DNA of 49,106 nt from Pseudobdellovibrionaceae bacterium (GTDB taxonomy: Bacteria; Bdellovibrionota; Bdellovibrionia; Bdellovibrionales; JAMPXM01), in contig JAMPXM010000001.1 of assembly GCA_023701225.1 (NCBI GenBank), positions 1 to 49,106 of the forward strand. The letters are read 5' to 3'. The notes below the pieces were generated by a model, which was not told where the DNA came from, did not search any database, and saw nothing but the letters and a program-made list of their open reading frames with translations. Positions 36,720-44,057 of the stretch are shown here, one piece after another. The stretch's first letter is position 1. Each line of letters begins with the position of its first letter. Made by a program: the position numbers and the translations under genes.

Positions 36720-37762
36720 GGGGAGTCGAACTTTCGCGCGAAAATGCCGTGGCCTTCCATGATGTCGAGGAAGGCTTTGTATTCCGGGAAATAGCCAAGG
36801 CTTTTACGCACCGTCTGCAGTGTGTGCGCGATATATTTCAAATAGCGCGTGTCCTGCCGGAGATTGAAAAAGCTCGCGAAGCTGCCGCAAGCTTTAAAGC
36901 AGCGCTGAATCGTCTGCGTTTCGTAGATTTCATCGAAATGATCGCGGCTGATCGCGGGCAGTTGAAGCGGGGCCTCAAACTCCTGGCGGCGTTCGAGATA
37001 GTACGACAAAAGTTCGCGTGCAACGCCATCATCGATCCGGACGTACGAATCTCGCAACAGACTGACGAGATCGTACTGAACTGCGCCCATGCGTGCGTCT
37101 TGAAAGTCGATCACGCGCATCTTACCGAGCTTGATCATCACATTGCGGGAATGGTAATCCCGGTGCGCGATGAATTTGGGCTCTTCGTGCAAGCGGGTGC
37201 AGACCTTTAAAAACACCTCGTCCAGTGCCTTGGATTGTGATTCGGTCAGACGCAGACCACATAATCCCGCTAAAAGGTGTTCACGCCCATAGTTCATTTC
37301 CCAGAGAAGCTTGTCGACATCGAACGCGACCTTGAACGCGACGCAATCTGTTTCGTCCGCGGACGCAGGGTAGTGAATCTTGATCAATTCATCGATGGCC
37401 TGTTGATACGCCGGAATGATGAGTTGCTGATTCTGATTTTCCCAGAACTTGCGCTCCAAAGTCAGATCGCCGAGATCTTCGAGTAGGATCAAGCCTTGAC
37501 TCGGAGATTTCGCGAGGACGCGTGGAACATGAACATCGTGTTTCGCGAAATGGTCGAGGACGCTGAGAAACGGGTAGCGGTGATTGTCCGTGAAGGGCTC
37601 CCACACCATGAGCACGGAGCTCTCTTCACCGGCCACGACCCGAAAGTAGCGGCGTGAAGAGGCGTCGCCAGCCAGCTGGAAGATTTCGAAGCTCTCGCTC
37701 TGGAGCGCTTCCGCTAAGAAGTTTTGAAACGTCGCATGGATTTGCGGCGAAACCAAGTTCAT
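36716..37762 (-). CDS. Aminoglycoside-phosphotransferase-fold kinase (AmgK-like anomeric sugar kinase by context)
   Basis: APH/ChoK-fold catalytic motifs HRDYHSRNVMI and VIDFQDA. Length is 348 aa. Confidence 0.8.
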   Translation of the reverse strand: MNLVSPQIHATFQNFLAEALQSESFEIFQLAGDASSRRYFRVVAGEESSVLMVWEPFTDNHRYPFLSVLDHFAKHDVHVPRVLAKSPSQGLILLEDLGDLTLERKFWENQNQQLIIPAYQQAIDELIKIHYPASADETDCVAFKVAFDVDKLLWEMNYGREHLLAGLCGLRLTESQSKALDEVFLKVCTRLHEEPKFIAHRDYHSRNVMIKLGKMRVIDFQDARMGAVQYDLVSLLRDSYVRIDDGVARELLSYYLERRQEFEAPLQLPAISRDHFDEIYETQTIQRCFKACGSFASFFNLRQDTRYLKYIAHTLQTVRKSLGYFPEYKAFLDIMEGHGIFARKFDSP

Positions 37763-37957
37763 GCCCGTCGTCCTTGTCGTTAGGCCCTTATCGTTCGGTC
37801 CCTATAGTGCGGCCTTGTTCGTACGCCCTTGGTCCAGTCGTGTGGCTCCTGTCACGTGGTGGTGACTCCCGGGAGCATGCGCTTTGAGCCGGACCTTCTA
37901 AAATGCTGCCAAAGAATCTGGCAGGGGGCAACAAAAGGAACTTGGCGAACAGACGAT

Positions 37958-37985
37958 CGTGTCCTGAGCTCGAGGTCAGGACACG
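37958..37985 (-). terminator. Stem-loop downstream of the 38020-38979 gene (terminator-like, no clear U-tract)
   Basis: Perfect 10-bp stem CGTGTCCTGA/TCAGGACACG with an 8-nt loop, 35 nt after the stop. Confidence 0.4.
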
Positions 37986-38006
37986 GTCGGTGCGGCGTTC
38001 GTGCTT

Positions 38007-38027
38007 GGTTAGTGCAGGGTTAGTGCA
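38007..38027. repeat. Tandem 10-mer GGTTAGTGCA x2 (period 11) spanning a stop codon
   Basis: Copies at 38007-38016 and 38018-38027. The TAA stop of the 38020-38979 gene lies inside the second copy. Confidence 0.8.
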
Positions 38028-38979
38028 TAGTCGGCTGATCGTCGTCGATGAGACTTTTGTGGAAGGGCACGAAGCGAGTTTCTTGCTCCGGAGCGCGTCC
38101 ATCGATGAGCAGGCGCATGCTTTTGCGGATCGTGAGAGAGTCGTTGTCTTGCGGATTCCAAGGCATCCGCGCATATGTCAGTGCCGCACGCAGTCCCGCA
38201 TCAAGATCACCACGTTCTTCGAGAACGTCCGGATCCTCGTGAATCGCGGCGAGAATGAGCGGTGTTTCCTCACTGGGCAAAGAGCGAACGAAGGCGGCGA
38301 GCTGCGCTTGGCGTTCCAGCGAGAGCTGAGTCAGATCCTCGATGAACAATGTGATCGCACCGAGCTGTTTCCAGGTTTCGCGTGAATCCAAGGAATCGTG
38401 CGGAAGATCCGTCCATGCGACGAATGCCCAGCGTTCGGTGCGCGAGTGAACTTCGCTCGCGAATTGTTGCACGGGGAAGCCGGGCTTGACTTGAATCATC
38501 AATGACGGCGCATTGATCTTGGGAGGCGGCGGAACCGGCCAAAGATGTTCCGACTGCGGCAGTCGATTGCGGCGCAAAGGAATCACGTTTTTCGGCATCG
38601 TTTGCATTTGCAGATGCTCTTCCGTTCGGCGCAACACTTCACCTTGGTCGTTCGTGCCTGACAAACGGCGCTCGATCAAAGCTGCGGCGAAATCCGCCAA
38701 ATCAAACACGCGCCGGGAATCGGCTAATCGCCATTCGCTGACAATGGCGAGGCCAGCCAGCGCGTTTTGCGGATCGCGAACCGGAAAGCCGATACTGCGT
38801 CCTTGTTGATCTGTCAGGTAAGGGGGAGCACCACTCGCACGACCGGCGATGGCGGCCAATTCATCCGCGCCCCAGGTTTCGACATCGATCTGCGCTAATG
38901 GAACGTAGGTCAGCCGGCTGCCAACTAAGCTGGAAAAGATCTGATTGAGTCGTACAAGAAGTGCATCCATATCGTTCAC
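38020..38979 (-). CDS. Degenerate sigma-54 activator-like protein (AAA+ remnant lacking Walker A and GAFTGA)
   Basis: GAITLFIEDLTQLSLERQAQLAAFVRS and PLILAAIHEDPDVLEERGDLDAGLRAAL align by eye to the Walker-B/sensor segments of sigma-54 activators. The Walker-A position reads LMIQVKPGFPVQQFASEVH. GTG 38979 has GGAGG upstream; ATG 38970 is the alternative. Confidence 0.65.
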   Translation of the reverse strand: MNDMDALLVRLNQIFSSLVGSRLTYVPLAQIDVETWGADELAAIAGRASGAPPYLTDQQGRSIGFPVRDPQNALAGLAIVSEWRLADSRRVFDLADFAAALIERRLSGTNDQGEVLRRTEEHLQMQTMPKNVIPLRRNRLPQSEHLWPVPPPPKINAPSLMIQVKPGFPVQQFASEVHSRTERWAFVAWTDLPHDSLDSRETWKQLGAITLFIEDLTQLSLERQAQLAAFVRSLPSEETPLILAAIHEDPDVLEERGDLDAGLRAALTYARMPWNPQDNDSLTIRKSMRLLIDGRAPEQETRFVPFHKSLIDDDQPTMH

Positions 38980-39318
38980 GGTCCTCCAAAGACCCTACTG
39001 ACGTTCAGAAACTGGAGTCGATACGACGCTTATCCAAGACCTGTGCCGAATTCTGATCGGTCAGGAACCGCGAGATGTCGATGAGTTCGACATCGTGAAT
39101 TTTCACCGGGCTGGGTAGTAACCTGTCGGAACGACAGCGGAATGCTCCACATACCCACGGGGGAAGAGCCCAACCGCCGTGATGTCTAAAGGTTTCGCCA
39201 CTTTTCTACAGGGTCCTCGCTCGCGAGCAAGTCTGTCAGACCCTTGGCGAATCGGAACAATTTACCAACCTGGGGGATTCCGGTGGAGGATGTCGGCCAG
39301 GCGTATCTTCGCCAGGGT

Positions 39319-40503
39319 TCAAGCGTGAGGACGAGAAGAGGTCGTCCCCGCCTGGTGCCAAGCCTGATGATGCGCCCGACAAAGTGTGAGGAGATTGTCC
39401 ACAGCATCGGTCCCACCTTCTGAGCGCGGGGTGAGGTGATGAACCTCGAGCCAAACGCGTGAGCCACAGACAGCACCATCCGGAAGTCGCGCCTGACATG
39501 AGCCCTGATCACGTAGATGGACGTGATGCTGACTGGCCGCAGGCAAGGGACGACGCCGAGATTGTGGCGTCGTTCGAAGACTGGGTCTGCACGAGGTGTG
39601 GAGCGAAAATTCGGGAGAACCCTGATGTGCCTGCTTTTCTAGGAATGACAAAGCAACCTCCGAGGTCCTTGCCCGGGCAAGTTTTTCGTCTGAAGGCGAG
39701 GGCGTTACAAAGCCTGGAGCTTGGTCGTGCGTATTTGTTGCTGCATTGCCTAGCACTGGAGTCTGACTCGCCTCTGTGGTTTCGGTCGCCCCAAAGTTCG
39801 CTATAGAAGTCGCTACAGTTACGTCATGTCCGAAGCCGGAGATAGAATCCGTTCTTCGCCGCCTCCGTTCTGCCCGCTCAGCTCGCCGAACAGGATCTTT
39901 TCTCTGCAAATAAAACTCAGCCAGAGATTCAATAGCGTGCTCCAAAGACACCCATTCCCTTTGCGAAGAGGACATCAGCTCCCGCACCCGCTCCAGTTTC
40001 CTATAGCCTGATTCCGAGAGCGGAGTACTGAGCTCCAAGGTGTGCGCATCCAGAAACCGAGCTTGCTCGGGCCGAGCCGCTCGCGGATTGACGCGTGCAA
40101 CTTCGCGCTCCAAATCCCGCTTGGGCAACTCGAGCGCAAGCCCGATCCATTTCCGCTGATTCTCTCCGTTGATCACTGAAGTGATCCGAACGGCTTTCGA
40201 AACGGTGAGTTCGCCAGCCGTAATGGCTTGCTGCAACAGCGGCAACTCACGTGCTTTTCTCGCGACGGTGATATAGGCATAGCTTTGCGCTTCAGAAAGT
40301 TTCAGCGCTCGCATGGCATACTGGTGTAAATTGTTATAGCCGAGAAATCGATGCACCAGAAACCGATCGACCTCCTGCAGACAAAGAATAAGTTCCGCTT
40401 CACAGGACTTGAGTTTCGCGACGACCTCACAGGTGCGTGAGTGAATGGCGCGGAGGGATTTTTCGTTCTGCGTTTTCTGAACTTCATTGAGGCGTGTGAA
40501 CAT
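39319..40503 (-). CDS. HNH endonuclease (DUF222-type architecture)
   Basis: ATG 40503 has AGGAG 5 nt upstream; the ORF track starts at 40560. The C-terminal HNH motif is CGSRVWLEVHHLTPRSEGGTDAVDNLLTLCRAHHQAWH, preceded by a helical N-terminal region and a low-complexity linker. Confidence 0.85.
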   Translation of the reverse strand: MFTRLNEVQKTQNEKSLRAIHSRTCEVVAKLKSCEAELILCLQEVDRFLVHRFLGYNNLHQYAMRALKLSEAQSYAYITVARKARELPLLQQAITAGELTVSKAVRITSVINGENQRKWIGLALELPKRDLEREVARVNPRAARPEQARFLDAHTLELSTPLSESGYRKLERVRELMSSSQREWVSLEHAIESLAEFYLQRKDPVRRAERAERRRRRTDSISGFGHDVTVATSIANFGATETTEASQTPVLGNAATNTHDQAPGFVTPSPSDEKLARARTSEVALSFLEKQAHQGSPEFSLHTSCRPSLRTTPQSRRRPLPAASQHHVHLRDQGSCQARLPDGAVCGSRVWLEVHHLTPRSEGGTDAVDNLLTLCRAHHQAWHQAGTTSSRPHA

Positions 40504-40919
40504 GCGCTCTCCTGGTTCTGCGACCGGACTCTGTCGCCCACGGCGAGAGCACCTTAACACGGGTTTTTGAGATCAAAATCTTCGCTCACATTCTCGCTTG
40601 ATGGTATCAAGCCAGGAGACCCTGCGAAACGCGACTCGCACATAAAAAACACCTCACAGAGGCCGTATACGTGCGTATAAGTACGACGCCCGCGAACGAA
40701 CCGAAATCCCCTTTTGCGTGGGCAAATCTCTCAAAACGCCTTGTCAAACAAATTTTCATCGATAACGGAAAAAGTTCGGATTTGGGCGGTTGGACATAAA
40801 CAGAATCAAATTATAAAATTTGATCTAACCACAAGTCGATTTCTTCAATGTCTGCATCATATTGAGCATCATTCTGCTCTCCAAAGGAGGGGTCGCGCGT
40901 CGGAACTACAAGGCTTGAG

Positions 40920-40980
40920 TAAAACTTGCCCGGGCAAGGCTGCTCGGATATCGATTCACATCGATGTCCTTCGCGCGCAA
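40920..40980 (-). ncRNA. Candidate sigma-54-dependent small RNA (about 60 nt)
   Basis: The predicted start is about 12 nt below the promoter-like element at 40992-41006. The 5' hairpin is GGAcATCGAT-gtga-ATCGATaTCC (40969-40946). Then comes the hairpin CTTGCCCGGGCAAG followed by TTTTA (40938-40920). No ORF with a start codon fits. Confidence 0.3.
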
Positions 40981-40991
40981 GCGTAGCGAGG

Positions 40992-41006
40992 ACAAGCTAA
41001 GTGCCA
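40992..41006 (-). promoter_or_regulatory. Sigma-54-type promoter candidate (minus strand CTGGCAC-ttagc-TTGT)
   Basis: The reverse complement of 40992-41007 reads CTGGCACTTAGCTTGT. It lies about 100 nt downstream of the activator gene stop. Confidence 0.4.
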
Positions 41007-41041
41007 GGTATAGAGGAGTGTTCGGAAACCGGCGCGCCCCT

Positions 41042-41069
41042 CAGCGACCGGGGATTACGCCGGTCGCTG
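41042..41069 (-). terminator. GC-rich stem-loop after the sigma-54 activator gene
   Basis: Perfect 10-bp stem CAGCGACCGG/CCGGTCGCTG with an 8-nt loop, 38 nt after the stop. It is preceded by a second hairpin GTTTCT/AGAAAC (41079-41098). No clear U-tract. Confidence 0.4.
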
Positions 41070-41106
41070 CACGCATGTGTTTCTACAAAAGAAGAAACTT
41101 CGAAAC

Positions 41107-42663
41107 TTAAGGCTTCAAAAGCCGGCGTTTATCCAGCCCGTACTTTTCTACCTTCATGATCAGGCCCGCGCGGCTGATGCCGAGTTCTTTGGCGAGTTTG
41201 GACTTGTTCCAACCGGTGCGGCGCAAGCCTTCCTTGATCAATTCGCGTTCCAGATCTTCGAGCGCGTCCTTGAGTTTGCCGTGGACGCGAGCGCCTTGGA
41301 CTTTGCCCTTTTCCGAAGCTTCAAGAATCTTCGGCGAGAGCATGTCGGCCGTGAGTTTCGTTTCCACGCCTGAAAGAACGACGAGTCTTTCCATTTCGTT
41401 CTGCAGCTCGCGGACGTTACCAGGGAACGGATAGTCGTACAGTTTCTCAAGTGCCCGCTTGGTGAGAATCTTCTTGGGCGCGCCTTTCTCGGCGGCTTTA
41501 TTCAAGAAAAATTCTGCGAGTAGCGGAATATCTTCTTTGCGCTCGCGGAGCGGGGGAACACGAATGTTGATGACGTTCAGGCGATAGTACAAGTCTTCGC
41601 GGAAAGTGCCCTGCTCCACCATCTCTTTGAGGTGGCGGTTGGTCGCCGCGATGATGCGGACATCAATTTTTCGTGTTTCGAGGCCGCCGACCGGCATGAA
41701 CGTGCCTTCCTGAAGAACGCGCAGGAGTTTCACCTGCATTTGCGGTGATGTGTCGCCGATTTCGTCGAGGAAGAACGTACCCTTGTCCGCGATTTCGAAG
41801 AGACCTTTTTTGTCGCGGTTTGCGCCGGTGAATGAGCCCTTCATGTGACCGAAGAGTTCCGACTCCAAGAGGTTGTCGTTGAACGCCGAACAGTTTTGAA
41901 TCACGAATGGCTTATCTTTGCGGGCTGAGTTGTAGTGAATCGCCTTGGCGATCAATTCCTTACCCGTTCCGTTTTCACCTTGCACCAGAACCGTGGAATC
42001 GGCGCCCTTGATTTTGTCGAGCAGTGCGTAGAGCGACTGCATCGGTTTGGACTTACCGATCATGTTGTCATACTTGTAGCGCGAACCGAGTTCTTTATTG
42101 AGTTCGCGGATGCGGTTCTCGCGCGTCGTGATCTCGACGTGCAGAGTGACCACCTCTTGAGCCACCAATTCGACAAGCTCCACGAAGTGATCGCGGTCGC
42201 TGTCGTCGAGGAATTTCACCTTCGAGAGAGACTGTTCGATCGTGTCGCCCGAGGCGCCGAATGCGGCAAGACGCTCGCGCATTTCTTGCAGTCGGTTGCC
42301 TGCGCCGGAATCCTTCATGAAGCCCGTCGCGACGACCGTGCCCATGAAGTCGTTGTCGATCATGATCGGAAAGATCGCCACATCGAATCCGGCCATGTCC
42401 CATTTGCGGACCGAGTAGCGGTTTTCGGATAAGCGGAGATCGTCAATGCTCTTCGTGACCATTTCGGCCAAGCTCTCCAGTGCCGCTTCTTTGTTGAGAA
42501 ACGCATTGACCGCAGGATTGCAAAGTGGGGTTTTCGTGCGGTCGAATCCGCGCAGGTGACCACGCTCATCCGTGAACACGACATCGATGTTCCACCAAGC
42601 GGCGAGGATCTGCTTGAGCTTCTTGATGACGTGTATATGTTCGAACTCATCCCAATTGATCAT
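41107..42663 (-). CDS. Sigma-54-dependent Fis-family transcriptional activator with a non-receiver sensory N-terminus
   Basis: Walker A VLVQGENGTGKELIAKAIH, ESELFGH, GSFTGA (GAFTGA loop), TFFLDEIGD and the C-terminal Fis-type HTH SKLAKELGISRAGLIMKVEKYGL. GAGGAG is the RBS. The N-terminal 170 aa or so look like a PocR-type sensor (memory-based). Confidence 0.93.
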   Translation of the reverse strand: MINWDEFEHIHVIKKLKQILAAWWNIDVVFTDERGHLRGFDRTKTPLCNPAVNAFLNKEAALESLAEMVTKSIDDLRLSENRYSVRKWDMAGFDVAIFPIMIDNDFMGTVVATGFMKDSGAGNRLQEMRERLAAFGASGDTIEQSLSKVKFLDDSDRDHFVELVELVAQEVVTLHVEITTRENRIRELNKELGSRYKYDNMIGKSKPMQSLYALLDKIKGADSTVLVQGENGTGKELIAKAIHYNSARKDKPFVIQNCSAFNDNLLESELFGHMKGSFTGANRDKKGLFEIADKGTFFLDEIGDTSPQMQVKLLRVLQEGTFMPVGGLETRKIDVRIIAATNRHLKEMVEQGTFREDLYYRLNVINIRVPPLRERKEDIPLLAEFFLNKAAEKGAPKKILTKRALEKLYDYPFPGNVRELQNEMERLVVLSGVETKLTADMLSPKILEASEKGKVQGARVHGKLKDALEDLERELIKEGLRRTGWNKSKLAKELGISRAGLIMKVEKYGLDKRRLLKP

Positions 42664-42755
42664 GAAATCTCCTCTGAGTCGCGATCTCTGAAAAACTGCT
42701 CAATCTCTTATCGTCAAAACTTTGGACAACTTTATGGTCGGTGTAGAAACTCTGG

Positions 42756-44057
42756 TCAGTGCTGGTCCAACGTCTTGATAGGAGGGGAGTGCTGTGTGCT
42801 TTCGTCTCGGTTCGAGGCGTCTGCAGAATGGCCAGCCGGTCTTCGATTGGGGGCCTGTCGCAATTCCGACGACGATTGGGTTTTCAGTGAATTCAAACCA
42901 TCGAGAAGCGTGGCGAGCTCTCCCCAGGTTGACGAGCCATCGGAAGAGGGTTCGGTGATGACGCCTGTTGCGGAGACGCCGCGACCTTCGATCGTGAGCG
43001 CGCGGTATGCGTTCAGCCTTGTTTTGTACTTGGTCTTCCCAATGAGCCGCGTGTCGACATCTCCGGTCAGCGTCAGTGTTGATACGAGGTGTTCGGGCCT
43101 TCGTTGCAATCCGTATTTGGCCATCGCTAGGGCCGCGACGCCGCTGGCAAAAGCCGTGGCCTGTGAGGTGCCCGTGAGTTGACCATATCGTCCTCCCGGA
43201 AGCGTGGAGTAAATGTCTTTGCCGGGCGCGGCCAAATCAACGGTCTGTGCGCCGTAATTCGCGCTGGGCAAAAGGACGCGCTTTTGATCGAAGGCCGTCA
43301 CGGAAAGGATATTGTTGAGATCGTAGTCGGCCGGGTAGTACGGAAGTCGATCCGAGTTGGACTTTTCATTTCCGGCAGCCGCGATCAGGAGAACTCCTTT
43401 TTCGCCCGCCTCACGGATTGCCGCCTGCTCTTCGTCGCTCGGCGCGGGGCCGCCGGCAGAGTAATTGATGATGTGTGCGCCCATACGAGTCGCGTAGCGG
43501 ATCGCCGCGACGGTATTGGCAACCGGATTTCCGGATTCGCCTGCGGGTTCGATATACTTCAATGGCATCAAAGTCACTTGTGGACACACACCGCGAACAC
43601 CTCGCCCAGCGACACCGTCCGCTCCGATGATACCGGCGATATGCGTTCCATGACCATGTCGGTCCGAGACGTCTGGAGAATGGGCCGCGAAATTCCAACC
43701 GTTCACGTCGTCGATATATCCGTTGCGGTCGTCGTCCACTCCGTTGGATTCCTTCTTGCGACCATTTCGATCGATTCCCGATTCTCCGGGGTTGGTCCAA
43801 ATATTGGCCTTTAAGTCCGGATGCTGAATATCGATGCCGGTGTCGATGACCGCGACAATCACAGTGCGCGCGCCGCTGGTGATACGCCACGCCCGCATGG
43901 CTTCGGTTGTCTCCTGTCCCCAATAGCGTGCCGCGGCTTGGTCGCGCTGTAAAACATCATACTTCTCTGTCGGCTGTGTCTCTCCGGTGGCAACTTGGCG
44001 TGAGGGTGTGTGCATCATCCAAAATAGGAGCGCCGGGAAAATCAAAACGGATTTCAT
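42756..44057 (-). CDS. S8 family (subtilisin-like) serine peptidase, secreted
   Basis: Catalytic triad contexts VAVIDTGIDIQHPDL, HGHGTHIAGIIG and GTSQATAFASGVAAL. Signal peptide MKSVLIFPALLFWMM. About 100 aa of C-terminal extension. Confidence 0.92.
   Translation of the reverse strand: MKSVLIFPALLFWMMHTPSRQVATGETQPTEKYDVLQRDQAAARYWGQETTEAMRAWRITSGARTVIVAVIDTGIDIQHPDLKANIWTNPGESGIDRNGRKKESNGVDDDRNGYIDDVNGWNFAAHSPDVSDRHGHGTHIAGIIGADGVAGRGVRGVCPQVTLMPLKYIEPAGESGNPVANTVAAIRYATRMGAHIINYSAGGPAPSDEEQAAIREAGEKGVLLIAAAGNEKSNSDRLPYYPADYDLNNILSVTAFDQKRVLLPSANYGAQTVDLAAPGKDIYSTLPGGRYGQLTGTSQATAFASGVAALAMAKYGLQRRPEHLVSTLTLTGDVDTRLIGKTKYKTRLNAYRALTIEGRGVSATGVITEPSSDGSSTWGELATLLDGLNSLKTQSSSELRQAPNRRPAGHSADASNRDESTQHSPPIKTLDQH

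Noticed and set aside
39034-39048. CGGCAC-aggtc-TTGG on the minus strand upstream of the pseudo-activator gene
   Set aside because: It lacks the T of TGGCAC and the C of the -12 GC. Two mismatches leave it too close to chance for me to call, though the orientation and the 55-nt distance to the start are suitable.
40554-40643. 29-codon minus-strand ORF (MCESRFAGSPGLIPSSENVSEDFDLKNPC, GAGGTG upstream), plus a 15-codon Met-rich ORF (MMLNMMQTLKKSTCG) in the 603-nt spacer upstream of the HNH gene
   Set aside because: Both are too short and unsupported without conservation or ribosome-profiling data. They are kept only as a note because they lie downstream of the sigma-54-type promoter.
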